DNA of 63,967 nucleotides, filler included, from Hyphochytrium catenoides (taxonomy: Eukaryota; Protista; Hyphochytriomycota), in the NCBI GenBank assembly GCA_900088475.1. It is 11 parts of 11 records of this genome, joined end to end, with 100 filler letters (N's around TTAATTAATTAA, not from the genome) between each part and the next. Parts side by side here need not be neighbours in the genome. Positions count along the whole stretch, not along the records: positions 46,649 to 62,863 come from FLMG01003252.1; positions 62,964 to 63,967 come from FLMG01004338.1; 9 more parts are not named here. One strand, 5' to 3'. The notes beneath the pieces are model-generated. The model did not search any database and had not been told where the DNA came from. It saw only the letters and a list, made by a program, of their open reading frames with translations. Made by a program: the position numbers and the translations under genes. Shown here in pieces: positions 51,015 to 63,240 of the stretch (the first letter of the stretch is position 1; each line of letters starts with the position of its first letter).

Positions 51015-54000
51015 TTACTGATATACAATCTCAGGACTGACCCACTCTTCATATGCCTTCTCTTCTCCATCTCGTTCTCCCTCTCTCCTGTCTTCATCTG
51101 GCATTAGATAGGGCACTTTCTCTGCTCTTGCGATAACGACATATCTACCGCTTGGCACATCTCTAATTTCTCTTTTTCTAGTGCTTCCAGGATCTGCGGC
51201 ACCAGCGTACAAGGCAAATTGGTCATTGGGGTACCGATAGCGTGGATATACTCTCTCACCAGACTCCACACTCTCGTCGTAGTCCACATAACCCACCTCC
51301 ACTAGCTTCCTCTCGCTTTTTTCCCCCTCATTAGTCGTTGTCTTGCCTTCCTCAATTCGGTAGGCAGTCAAGGTCAGAAGAGGAGTAGGCCGGTTCAGGA
51401 ATAAGATAAAGCCCGGGTGCTCTCCTTTCTCTTTGGAACAGAACACCGTCTCTGAGGAGAGAGTCATCGGCTTTTGAAAGCTGGTAGCGTTCTGGCACTG
51501 CACAGAGCCTTTCTCTAAGATCTTGAAAGCTGAGTAATCGCCTTTGAAGCCAGCATAAGGGACAAACACAGAGTGACCAACGTTCGGCTTGATCTTTATA
51601 TAGCCGGAGTATAGCCACTGGTCCGCTAGTTTCTCGTTAGGGGTGATAGACACGGTGACGTTCAAGCTCTCCTGCGGCTTCAAGGTGAAGCTCGATGGCA
51701 TAAATCCAACCGTAGCAGGCTGATCTAGGACGTCCGGGTTCTCCTTCTTTCCCCAATCTACCGAGCTGGCAGCCACGGCTGGCTCGTGAGTCAGCTCATA
51801 CCCTAGGACATCTGGACCGTGGTTTCTGACCGTCAGCTGCTTGCGGACGGTATAGGGTGCCGTCGGAGGGTTGCCTAAGGCAAGAGAAGCCGGAGAGACA
51901 AGCGTTTTAAGAGTCAGGAGCTGGAAAACGTTAATCATTCCTGCGCCCTGCACAGCTACGGAGGCATAGCCTTGGTATCCGGCCACTTTCATGGGGACAG
52001 CGGTGTTCTGCATGAATTGGCGCAGAGCTTTACCCGTCTCGGCCGAACCAGCTGGTAGCTCAGGGAGGCCGAAGCGACCGGATCTCATGGCTTCCAGGTA
52101 CAACGCTGCTGCCCCTGAGAGGTATGGGACAGCCAGGGAGGTGCCTCTATGCGTCTTATATCCTCCTAGGGATATGGGCCAGGTTGTGAATACTTGTCCG
52201 GCTGGAGCACTGATGTCTGGCTTGATTTCCAGCTGCGTGGTTAAGCCCCATGCCGTCTCTTCTGGGTTAAACTGGCCCGCATTTGCGACAGAAGAGGGTT
52301 CATCTCTCCTCTTGAAGTGGATGCGGAAGCCCGTGGCCCACCCTGCGGAAGGATCTTTCTCTCTTCTCTCTGTCCGTCCTCCTAATCTCTGAAGAACTCT
52401 CTGCACGATGTCCTCTCCTTCAGTTCCGCCTATGTGAATGTATGGGATTTTGATCCTTTGCTTGGCTCCCGTGTTCCGGAAGCTGCCATTGACAGGGTCA
52501 GAGAGCACATTATAGAAGATGACACCGACCGCTCCTGCCGCCTGGACGTGCAGAATCTTAGTCAAGTGGCGTCCGTCCTTGCAACCACCACGGCGGACAA
52601 GCACAAGTTTGCCCGCTAATGGCTGTTGCTGGGCGTTAGCTAAGGGCTCACAAGCGTCCCCAACCACCTTGGCGTCTAAGGTAAGAACGGCAAGCTCTGC
52701 GTCCTTTAGCTCTACAAGGCGCAGTTCTGGGGGAAGGAAAAAGTCATACTCGCCGACGCTCTCTTCCTTATCTTTTCCGTCCCTCCCAGCAGGAGATAGA
52801 AGCTCAAAGCTATGGCGGAGATAGCGCTGGTTCTCTACTGCTGCTGCCGCTGTGACATCAGGAGAAACCCCTGGATCAGTTACTTTCCAGAGCCCAGGAA
52901 GTTCTTCTTGCCCTACGGCACCCATCACTATCACGCCTTTCGCTGCTGCTTCGGACACGATACGGCTAAACGGGAAAGAAGGAAGAGCAGCGTTAAAAGA
53001 CGAGNNNNNNNNNNNNNNNNNNNNNNNNNNAGCCACAGCGGTCCCATGGCCGTTGCAGTCGATAGGATCCGTGTCTCCGTCCATTGTCCCTGTCCCAGGA
53101 TATACTCGGCCATAGAGAACTCTGCATCCGTTCTCTTTGTCTCCAATGAAGCGGCAGGATCCGAAGGCCGGATGCGTGTAGTCGATGCCTGTGTCAAGTA
53201 AGCCTATCTTTATGCCCTTGCCTCTCAAACCCAGCCCCTCATGTACTTCTCGCAGCTGAGTGACGTTATGAGGGGAGATCTGCTCATAGATGCTGCCTTC
53301 CTCGTACCAAGACGGAAGAGAGAGAGGCATGTTGTTGGCCTTCTCTTTCTTCTCTCTCTCTTGGACTAGTCGCTGCTCTTCATGCTTCTGTTCAGTTCTC
53401 TCTGTCTCTAATCCCAACCGCCGCCTCAAATACGAAGAAGAGGAAGAGAGAGTGGAACCACTCGCGGTTTTCTCTCCTGCTCCTCCTCTCCTCAGAGGCA
53501 AGAACTTGCCCTCATTCTTCTCAACAGCCTTGACGACAGAGATTCTGGCTATAAGAGGGACTACGGCTGGAGAAGAGAGAGAGAGAGAGACACCCGACCA
53601 TAGAGTGCCAGAGTAAGCGAGTCTCTCTCGATATTCAATTCCTAGGCGATCCAGTTCTTCATAGAATTGCTTCCTTTGCTCTTCGATCTTCTCTTTGCTT
53701 CCTCCTTCGACGGTTGGAGGCTCTTTGAAGAAGATTGTATAGGAGACAGGAAAGAGAGCAGGAGAAAGAGAGAGAGAAGAAGAGTCGGGAGAGAGAGAAG
53801 CATGTGGAGAGGAAGCAGGGCTTCCAGAGGAGTCAAGGGCCTTGGGCGTCGGGGAAGGAGGAGCTGCTTCGATGTGAAGAGACGGAAGGACCAGTCCAAG
53901 AGCGAGGAAAGAGACAATGACAAAAAGCGGTTGAAAGAGAGAAGTAATCACTTTCCTCTCTCCTCTTCTGTTGCCCATCTCTCTCATTTCTCTCTCCCCT

Positions 54001-54023
54001 AGGTTATCGGTGCTGTTGGACAT
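51015..54023 (-). CDS. S8 subtilisin-like protease with I9-like propeptide, PA domain and Fn3-like domain; no introns in sequenced part (N-gap 53005-53030)
   Basis: Asp GLLDTGIDYTHP, His DCNGHGTAVA, Ser GTSLAVP; IKPDISAPAG; PA domain GKLVLVRRGGC..K..QAAGAVGVIFYN; QGAGMINV; LYSGYI..VPYAG. First ATG at 54023 (the ORF track starts at a TTG, 54062). Confidence 0.9.
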   Translation of the reverse strand: MSNSTDNLGEREMREMGNRRGERKVITSLFQPLFVIVSFLALGLVLPSLHIEAAPPSPTPKALDSSGSPASSPHASLSPDSSSLSLSPALFPVSYTIFFKEPPTVEGGSKEKIEEQRKQFYEELDRLGIEYRERLAYSGTLWSGVSLSLSSPAVVPLIARISVVKAVEKNEGKFLPLRRGGAGEKTASGSTLSSSSSYLRRRLGLETERTEQKHEEQRLVQEREKKEKANNMPLSLPSWYEEGSIYEQISPHNVTQLREVHEGLGLRGKGIKIGLLDTGIDYTHPAFGSCRFIGDKENGCRVLYGRVYPGTGTMDGDTDPIDCNGHGTAVAXXXXXXXXXSSFNAALPSFPFSRIVSEAAAKGVIVMGAVGQEELPGLWKVTDPGVSPDVTAAAAVENQRYLRHSFELLSPAGRDGKDKEESVGEYDFFLPPELRLVELKDAELAVLTLDAKVVGDACEPLANAQQQPLAGKLVLVRRGGCKDGRHLTKILHVQAAGAVGVIFYNVLSDPVNGSFRNTGAKQRIKIPYIHIGGTEGEDIVQRVLQRLGGRTERREKDPSAGWATGFRIHFKRRDEPSSVANAGQFNPEETAWGLTTQLEIKPDISAPAGQVFTTWPISLGGYKTHRGTSLAVPYLSGAAALYLEAMRSGRFGLPELPAGSAETGKALRQFMQNTAVPMKVAGYQGYASVAVQGAGMINVFQLLTLKTLVSPASLALGNPPTAPYTVRKQLTVRNHGPDVLGYELTHEPAVAASSVDWGKKENPDVLDQPATVGFMPSSFTLKPQESLNVTVSITPNEKLADQWLYSGYIKIKPNVGHSVFVPYAGFKGDYSAFKILEKGSVQCQNATSFQKPMTLSSETVFCSKEKGEHPGFILFLNRPTPLLTLTAYRIEEGKTTTNEGEKSERKLVEVGYVDYDESVESGERVYPRYRYPNDQFALYAGAADPGSTRKREIRDVPSGRYVVIARAEKVPYLMPDEDRREGERDGEEKAYEEWVSPEIVYQ

Positions 54024-54688
54024 GGCCTGACAGAAGAGGGCGAGAGCAGCGGAGGGCGGCAAGATGATCTACTTCTTTCAAAGCAAGAGACGAAGGAACA
54101 TGGACCAAAAGCCGCGCCTTTACAGAGAGGAGACCAGCTACGAAATGACAAGAGAGAGATAGAGAAAGAGGAACTTCACGAAAAGAAAGGAACTAAGAAC
54201 CGAGCAATTCCCACACATAGGACAAAGCTCTCTTCTTGATAGCGAAACACCACGGGGACAAGAGAGAGAAAGCACCAGAGAGAGAGAGAGACAGAGAGGG
54301 ATAGAGAGAGAGAAATAAAAAGAGAGAGTGAGCGGGAAGAGAGAAAGAAAGACAGAGAAAGAGAGAGACACACACGCAGAGGGGTAGACTATACAGCCAA
54401 CGAGGGCGGGAAGTACAAATATAGACCAGACGGCTACCAGGTGCGTGGACACATTTAAAGGAGAGAGAAGAAGAAGTTATTGCGGAGAGAACAGAGAAAA
54501 CCGCAGCTCTGGAAGAGATGTTGAACGCTGACACTGTGAAGGAGAAGAGATAAGCACCGAGGATTCTTCCTCAGTTGTCAAGAGACGATTGGTAAGTGGA
54601 AGGAATGACAGAAGCATGGGCACTCAGTGTGGAGTGAAGCGATAGGAAGAGCTCTCCAAGGAGAGAAAGATACAGGAAGACAGCGCCG

Positions 54689-54720
<32 letters not shown>

Positions 54721-57455
54721 AGGAGGAGAGTTTGCTTGGTTGATATCTCTACACCAAGGAAGGATCAAGCGACGTAGCGATAGAGAGTAACAGAGCAGGA
54801 GAAATGAGCAGGAGGAGGAGGAACGCTTCTATGCAAAGATAGAGACAATAGAAAAGAGAGAGAGAAAGAGAGGGAGGACGGAGAGTATAGAGAAGACAGA
54901 GATATGCAGAGACACAGAAAGAGGAAGCGCAGAAAGAGGAAGAGTTAGTGAGATATTAGAGAGATAGAACAAGAGAGGAGTAGGGGGGAGAGGGAGTGAA
55001 GCAAAGAGAGCGAACAAGAGAGAGGGAGTTGATTTAGAGAGAGAGAAAGAGAGAGAGAAGAGGGAGAGAGAGATGCAGCGCAGAAAGAGACACACATATA
55101 CACAGAGAGAGAGAGAGAGAAAGCAAGATGTGTTGATCCTAGAATGGGACAGGAAGAAGCGGCTCACTTATTGTGGGAAAGCACTTGACGTGACGTTCCG
55201 AATGTCATTGAGACCGAGCGCAGTCCTTTCTTTTGCTCTTCCCATCATTTTCCCTGTAGCAAGAGAGAGAGTAGAAAAGGAAAGAAGCTCGTCAAAAGGA
55301 CAGGGAGAGAGAGAGAGAGAAAGAGGAAAAAGCAACACGAAGTCACAATGAAGAGGCAAGGACATAGAGTTATGTTAGGCCTAGACTGGAGAGAGAGAGA
55401 AAAAAGAGAAAAAGGAAAAGAGAGAGAGAAAGAGAGATTGAGATTGTGAAAGAGAGAGAGAGATACTGCGTGAGAAACGAAGGAGAAAGAGAGAGGAGAG
55501 AAAGAGAGAGAGAAAAGGGGCGAGACAGAGAGAGAGGGGGGTGGGGTGGAGCGAGAGAGAGCAGACGGTAGGTATCGACGTGTAGACCAGAGACAGACGC
55601 TGCAGGAGGCAGAAAGAGCCAGCTCCCGCAGGTTTAGCACAGTAGCCACCTCATCACACGGCCGCGTGCGCAGGCAATAGGAGAAAGACAGAGGAAAGTG
55701 GAAGGCGACAAAAAGAGGTAACAGAAATGGCGAAGAAAGGCAAACCAAAGGAGGAGGAAGAAAAAGAGAGGGATCTCCTCTACACAATGAGACAGAGGGA
55801 ACGAGAGGGGGGAAAAGAGAGAGAGACAGAGAGAGAGCGAGAGAGAGAGAAAGAAAGAAAGAAAGGAACAAGAAAAGACAGGAAAGCTCAAGAGAAAGAG
55901 CAAGCGAGAGAAAAAAAGAGAATGGAGCCAGACAGAAGGAGAGCGAACTAGAGAGAGAGAGATGGGACGGGGAGAGAAAGCGGAGAAAGAAGAGAGAGAG
56001 AAAGGAGAGAGAGACAGAAAGAGAGAGAGGAGAGGAGAGAGAGACAAAGGAGAGAAAGACGAGAAAGAGAGAAGGAAAAAGGAAATTCGACATACTGTAA
56101 AACGGTACAGAAGAGTAGTTTTGAACTAATTTCTTTTTTATTTTAGTCCCCCAGAAAAATTGTAGATCCATGCCTCGAGAGAGCAAATAGGAATTCAAGA
56201 ATAGCGAANNNNNNNNNNNNNNNNNNNNNNNNNNNNNNNNNNNNNNNNNNNNNNNNNNNNNNNNNNNNNNNNNNNNNNNNNNNNNNNNNNNNNNNNNNNN
56301 NNNNNNNNNNNNNNNNNNNNNNNNNNNNNNNNNNNNNNNNNNNNNNNNNNNNNNNNNNNNNNNNNNNNNNNNNNNNNNNNNNNNNNNNNNNNNNNNNNNN
56401 NNNNNNNNNNNNNNNNNNNNNNNNNNNNNNNNNNNNNNNNNNNNNNNNNNNNNNNNNNNNNNNNNNNNNNNNNNNNNNNNNNNNNNNNNNNNNNNNNNNN
56501 NNNNNNNNNNNNNNNNNNNNNNNNNNNNNNNNNNGCTCTTTGTATAGAAATAATGTGCTCATCACGCTCCTTCTTCTTCATCATCATGATGCAGCAGCAG
56601 CAGCCGCAGCAGCAGTCCGTGCCGGCCGGCTATCAGGCTCGTCGCTTGTCTCTGAAAGCCAGAAGTAAGAGTCTTAGAAGAACGAGGCGCCTTGTCAGGC
56701 TGTGCGTGGGGCTGAAGTGTGTGCCGCCAGTTCGGGAGTCTTTCGAAGGTGGTGGTGGTGGAGGGCTGGTGGACTGTGTGGAACAGCTTCGTCTCTCTAT
56801 CTGTCAAGCTTCAATTTGATGGATGAGTAACTCTCCTCGGCATCATGGTCGGGACTCTCGGCTGCCGATGGCTTTACGCCTTCAATCTTTGGCTAACCAT
56901 GAGGAGGAACAAAACGCACCTCAGATCCTGAAGTGTATTATTCCTCTTCAGCAACTGGTGGACCTTCTTCTCTAGCTTGCCTGGTCGAAAAGTGATGATG
57001 ATATCCTCGTCAGCGCTTCATCTTCTCCTCCTTTTTTCTCCTCTTGTTATTACGGAGGAAGTCAACTATGATTCTTCCTTTTGCGATAACGAGTGCGGAG
57101 CGGATAGAGCCGATGGAGAAATCAAGGCTTTGTAGCTCTTCTTTCTTCTCTTCTCTCTTTCTCTTTTTTTTTTCTTCTTCCTCTTCTTCTTTTTCTTCTC
57201 TCTCCTCCTTCTACTCATTCTTCTCTTTTGCCTCGTCGTCCTTCTTCTTTCTGAGTTCCTCTTCTTTTCTTCTTCCTCTTCTTCTTTTTCTTCTCTCTCC
57301 TCCTTCTACTTCTTTTTCTCTTTTGCCTTGTCGTCCTTCTTCCTCCTCTTCTTCTTTCTTCTGAGTTGTAAGTAGATATAGAAGAAGAGAAAGAAAGTAA
57401 ATTACTTGATATCATTTTTCAGGATGCAGTGTGATTCTTCTTCTGCTTCTCTGCT

Positions 57456-57488
<33 letters not shown>

Positions 57489-58935
57489 GTTTCTCCCTCT
57501 TGCAACGTTTTGCTCTCTTCTCTTGCCTCATGTGCCTCCCAACAATCTACCTCGATCATCGTCCTTGCAGTCTGCTCTGACTGATGAAGTGTCTTCTGTG
57601 GATCAGAAGGTGTCGAGAGGTTTGGATGCTGACTCAATGATGAGTAGGTCTTATGGGCTCTTGACATCATTGTTGACATGGTAGAACACCTATGATCCTC
57701 CTCCTGAAAGAGCTCTGTTGTTTACCCTTCATGTCCACTGCTGTCTCCCTCATTTTATCACTGCTGTCTCCCTCATTTCTCTCTCTCTTACTTTACTGTC
57801 AGGCTTCTTCTTCTTCTCCTACACCGGCCATCGTGACGGCCTACGAACCTGTTTGCTGCCGCATGCGTGGCTCTTATTACCCTGTCTGTTTCTATCTGTA
57901 TATCTTCCCAAGTTAGACTCGACTTCGTCCGGGTCTCTTTCTCTGTCAATTCTTCTTTCAAAAGCCAGATCTTTATTTCGTAGTCATTTCAATCTTTATT
58001 TTTTCGTAGTCATCTCTCTAGGCTCTCTTGACGAGGATTGTCGCGATCGTCTCCCTATTGCCCCGCAACAATTGCGGTCTTCTCCATTGTCCCACCATCT
58101 CCCACCACAGCTTCATCTCTCTGTCGTCGATCTTCTCCTCTTTCTTCCTATTATCTTCTACGCTCTTCTCTCTTCAACGCAGTCCCTCACAGGTCCCTCT
58201 TCTCTCAAAAAGGTTGTACTCTTCTATCATGCTCCACAGATCGCCGTCGAAACATGCTTCTCTCCGCCGACAAAATGTTTGCGCCACTATTATATACTTG
58301 TTCTTTGTTATACCCTCTTCTTCATACTGCAGATGGTTGTGAGGCGTGCGTCTGTCCGGCAGTCTCGCATGACGGACCAAGCAAAACTCATCACTGTGTC
58401 TCAAATCTTTGTTGTTCTTCGCCGTCCAGAGAGACAGTCATCGCCCTTTCTTCTTCTCTATATTCTCTGTCCAACTCTTCAATTCTCTTTGCTGCCTTTT
58501 AGGTCACCCTCCCTGATAAACACATGCTCTCACCTCTCCAAGCACACTGTTCTGCGCAAGGGGTTCAGTTACGAAGTCCTCTTCTTCTCCTGCTCCTTCT
58601 CTCATCATCCCTCTCTCTGTCCTAGTATCTTGATGGCTACATTCTGTCTTCTCTCTCCACCTTGATGATCTCTTTGCCTCCTCACTCCTCGTCGGTCGCT
58701 TCTCGGTACACCTCTTTCCTTCTCTCTGATCTGGACCGTCTTCTTCGTTCTTTTCTCTTCTCATCTTCTTCTTCTTCTCTCTTCTTCTCTCTCTCTCCTT
58801 CCGTCCGTACGTAAGTAGGAGGAGTAGAACTAGTACCTTTTGTTCCAGCACTGGTTCCTCTGGTTCCTCTCTGGGTTCTGTCGCCTTCCTGAGAGGTTCC
58901 GGCAGACCAACTCTTCATCATCAGCCACACTAACA

Positions 58936-59386
58936 TAAGTAAGTACTTTTTTATTTGTACTTACTATTAAGGTAAACTTGGGCCGCCGCCAACTACCGTT
59001 TCGCACTCACCTTGCTAATATAACTCTGATAAGAGGTCAAGTAAGTACCACTTATTTTATCCGTGAAGTACTTGTAACTCACAAAAGACAAGTATAGTAT
59101 ACTGTAGGCACCAGGCAAAGGACGCCGGAGAGTAAGTAAGTACTTGACCTAAAGAGGGAAAGAGTTCTCCTCCTATTTGAGGTCCAAAGGCTGTTATCGA
59201 GTGGTAAAACGGCACTTACTTACTTCCCCCAAGTATTACTAATGTAATTACCAGTACTTGGGCCAGGATGCTGTTTGCGGAAAAGACGGCAAACTTACTC
59301 GTGGAAATACTTACCGGTACTTGAGCTCTTCTAACCACTATAGGTGACGGAGAGGCAACTCTTGTACAAGTAAGTCTTAGATACTT
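58936..59386. repeat. AAGTA/TACTT motif-rich segment, probable non-autonomous transposon relic
   Basis: Twenty copies of AAGTA or TACTT in ~450 bp, counted by eye and including overlaps, often as (TAAG)n or palindromic AAGTACTT. AT-richer than the GA-rich flanks. Confidence 0.6.
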
Positions 59387-59478
59387 TTAGTTTCGTTTTA
59401 TACGTCCAGCCAGATGTGAGAGAGAAAGAGCGGAGCAGAGAGAGAGAGAGCGGAGCAGAGAGAGAGAGAGACAGAGAC

Positions 59479-59519
<41 letters not shown>

Positions 59520-60155
59520 AGAAGAAGAAGAAAGTAAGAGTGGGAAGAGAGAGAGAGAGAGAAATAGAGGGAGAGAGTCGGATAAACATAATAAATATAC
59601 CGAGGCCGCACCGTGATATAAGACAGACAAAGCTCATAAGAAGGGACTGCAGGGCAGACTGAAGTAGAACCGGAGAAAAAGAAGGACATGTCATGAGAAA
59701 GACGACCAGACAGAAGAAGAAGAAGAAGGGGGAGAGAGAGAGAGAGAGAGAGAGAAGGCCTTGAACATGGTAGAACTACAGAAGAGCAGATTGAGGAGAG
59801 AAGAATCTTGAGACTATGTAGATCCATCTTCAAAAGGAAGGAGAGAGAGGGAAACGAAGTCTCTAACCTTTCCAAGTAGAAGAACTACGGACAATAGAAA
59901 TATGAGGGCGCAGCTCCATCAAATTTGATGTCTCTCGCAGAACTCTTCTCTTGGATCGTCTGCACCGTAGCAGCAGTAGAATTAGTCCTTGTAAATGTTG
60001 GAGCGCGAGTAGGTAAAAGGAAAGAGAGGAGATAAAGAAAAGGAGAAGGAAGAAAGAGGATGAGAAAAAGACAGAGACAGATAGACAGAGACAGATAGAC
60101 AGAGACAGACTGAAAGAGAGAGGGGTTAGAAAAAGAGAGAAAGCGAGAGAGAGAA

Positions 60156-60194
<39 letters not shown>

Positions 60195-61101
60195 AAGAAC
60201 AACTGTCATCTCGCCTTCTAGGCCGCATGCTCCCTAGCATTCTTGAAGGTCTTTTAACCGGGTTCTCTCCCTATTCTTTATCTTACCCCCGAACCGGCAG
60301 AGTCAGACTAGAAGATATCTTTCCTTTTTGTCTTCTTCGGTCAAGATCTGTGGAGAGGACAAGCCCTTCTTCTCTTTCCCATAGTTTATACCTGGACTTA
60401 GAGATTCTTTCCTTTCTTCTGTCTTCCACGAGAAAAGGGTCCTCAGCAAAGAAAGAAGGCGGTTCTTCTTCTTCTGTCTGGCACGTGTTTCTTTCTTCTG
60501 GCTTGCGAAGCAGCTCCGTAGAGCATAAAGAAAGGCCTCCTCCCGCCTCTGTTTTTCTGGCGCCGAATCTCCGTGTCGGTTCGTTTCTAATAGAGTTTCT
60601 TCTGGGTGTCATCTCTCTCCTTCTTTTCCTCTCCCATCGGAGTGGTAGGTCTAACCTTTTAAGGCGTTGGTTCTCTCATCGTCTTTCTCTTTCTTCATCA
60701 CTTCTTCTTCTTTTCTCTCTCTCTCTCTCTCTGTCTCTCTCCTCTCTCTCCTTGTCTCTCTCTCTCTCTACATATCCGTAGTATTGCTTTCCTAGAAAGG
60801 ACACATTCCCTTGGCTTCCTTCGAAGAAGGAGGTGTTTCCTGGTTCTCCTCACTTCCCAAAGAGCTCTCAGCCCCGCACATTGCCCACCGCCAGCTCTTG
60901 CGCGCCATCCATCTTCTGTTCCATTATCTGCGCTCCTGAGGTCCCAAGCAGGCCCTCGTTGCTCTCACACAGACATCGAAGTTTTTGTCAACCGCCGACG
61001 AGAGAAAGAGAGAGAGAGAGAGGGCTCTACCAGCGTCTCTCAACAACCTTTGTAGCAGCACCGGGAGACACAGCTAAAAATCTCCATACTAATCACATAC
61101 A

Positions 61102-61395
61102 ATGGTCGCAAACAGAAGACTCGCTCTACTTCTCTCTTTCCTTCTCGCTATCACTGTCCTCTTTGCTCCTCTTTCTTCCGCAGCCAACGTTGGAAGCAAT
61201 TTGAGAAGAGAGCTGCAGAAAGAGAAAGACACTGCGCCAAAAACCCAGGCTGGTGTTCCCGCAGCGAATGAAAAAACCAGCTCTGCAGAGAGCTTCAAAG
61301 TTTTGAAGGAAAACGGAAGAATAGAGACTCGTGAAGGGGAGGCCAAGGCCGTTGGAGGCGGAAACCCACAAGATTTCGATGAGTTGAAGAAATGA
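61102..61395 (+). CDS. Small secreted protein (97 aa), unknown function
   Basis: Single-exon ORF with a clear signal peptide (MVANRRLALLLSFLLAITVLFAPLSSA), then NLRRELQ and a hydrophilic, non-repetitive body. Confidence 0.55.
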   Translation: MVANRRLALLLSFLLAITVLFAPLSSAANVGSNLRRELQKEKDTAPKTQAGVPAANEKTSSAESFKVLKENGRIETREGEAKAVGGGNPQDFDELKK

Positions 61396-63240
61396 GGAGA
61401 GACTGCTACGCTCTCCCGGGCTTCGTCCTTCTTCTCTCTCTCTCTCTCTCTCTCTGGCGATTACCATGAGCTGGAAACAAGGTAGTCAGCAGATGAGAAG
61501 CGCAGGGAGAGAAATGGACGCAACGTAAGCAGACAATGGAGGGAGAAAGACGACGACTCCCTTTCCCTCACGCGCAGACCCTTCTCCCTCTCCTTTTCCT
61601 CGTCTCTTCTTCTATCGTCCTAACCGTTCCTTCTCATCCGCCTACTCTTCCTCGACAGTAGGCTTCACGTACACTCTGTAGGATATTATACGTCGCCCTC
61701 CTTTCCGCCACCTCGCCGGCCAACAGAAAGACTCTTTCTTCTTTCCTTGTTGGTCCTTCTAACATAATTATTAATCGTGATGAGCACTGATGTCTATAGT
61801 CGAGGTCCTAGCACGACTCCTCTGTCTTTATATATTACGGATGTTCATCGTGAGAGCTATATCTTCAAGCGGCCGTCTTGGATGGGCTGACTCTCTCTCT
61901 CTCTCTCTCTCTCTCTTCTTCTCTCTGGTCTGACACCCTCTCTTTTCTTGCGGATGCTGCCGCTAGAGTACCTTCTTCATCATCTCACCTCCGTGTTGAC
62001 CTTCCCGTCTTTATCATCAATGTCAAACTCATCTCATCCTTTTTCTGTCTGTATGATCCCTCTTCACTTTTGTTTGAAGAGAGAGAATAGAGTTTCTATG
62101 CCAAACAGGGGCGACTACGAAGGGGAGAGCCATTGATGACGAAGGAGGACAAGAACTAACTTCTATTACATTCTATGCTTCTAGGAAGAGACTGCAGGTT
62201 CTCCTCTCGTGATGTGCCAAGAAGGAAGAGGCGAGGGCTCTTCGTTCTTTGTACACGACGATCAATCGAAAACCTCTTCTCCTGCTGAGGATTTCCCCTG
62301 CAGATCCGCGCTTTCTCTCTCTTTACCTAGCTCTTCTTCAGGTTAAATGGCCATCTACTGGGAGACGTGTGAGCATTCGTTATGGCTCTTTCCTGTGTGC
62401 ATGCCGCGAACTCTTTCTGATGCTCTGCATGATGTTATCAGGGCTGGAAGTATATGACGTCTTATTAGAAGAAGAGAGGAAAGAAGAAGAAGAACGGAAG
62501 AAGCTGACGTGTTGGCCTGGTGGCGACAGAAAGGTGTAGAAAGATATATTCCGTGCGGCTGAGCTGCTGAGGAGGCGAGGGCTGGAGCTGGAGCCGATCA
62601 GTTTCTTTCCTTTCTAGCATCTTTAGAGTCTCCAAGAAGGAAGCAGGAGATAATTGATGAGGACGTCGTGCTGCTACCGTCTCTTCTCCTCTCCCCGATG
62701 ATGGATGATGGGCAAGATGATGTGCGTCCTTACATTCTTACAAAACTCTGTCTGTCTCTCTGTCTTGTCCGTGTTTTCTGTCTGTGTCTATCTCTCTGTC
62801 TCTCTCTTTCTCTCCCCCTCGCTGTTTCTTTCTCTCTCTCTCTTTCTCTTTCTCTTTCTCTCTNNNNNNNNNNNNNNNNNNNNNNNNNNNNNNNNNNNNN
62901 NNNNNNNTTAATTAATTAANNNNNNNNNNNNNNNNNNNNNNNNNNNNNNNNNNNNNNNNNNNNGAGAGAGAGAGAGAGGGAGAGTGGAACAGCACTTCGT
63001 ACACATGCAGAAGCCACTGGGGCTCTCCTAGAGCAAAACAAGAGCATTTAAGCGCGGGAGAGGAAGGACCGAGAACCAGGACAAAGACGGAGAGACAGAG
63101 ACAGCGGGACGGAGAGAGAAATGAAGGGAGAAGGAGACTGGGATGAAGAGGAATGAATTTCTATTAGAACAAGAGACAGAAGGAAATTAAGAGAGAGAGA
63201 GAGAAAAGGAGAGAGAGAGAGAGAGATCAGCCTAAAGGAC

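Noticed and set aside
55245-56198. 317-aa ORF and many similar SLSL/ERER ORFs
   Set aside because: Translations of (CT)n/(GA)n microsatellites, which lack stop codons.
59307-59330. ATACTTACCGG resembling the U1 snRNA 5' end
   Set aside because: No U1 stem-loop I (GATCACGAAG), loop II (ATTGCAC) or Sm site follows; it is one of many TACTT motifs in the tract.
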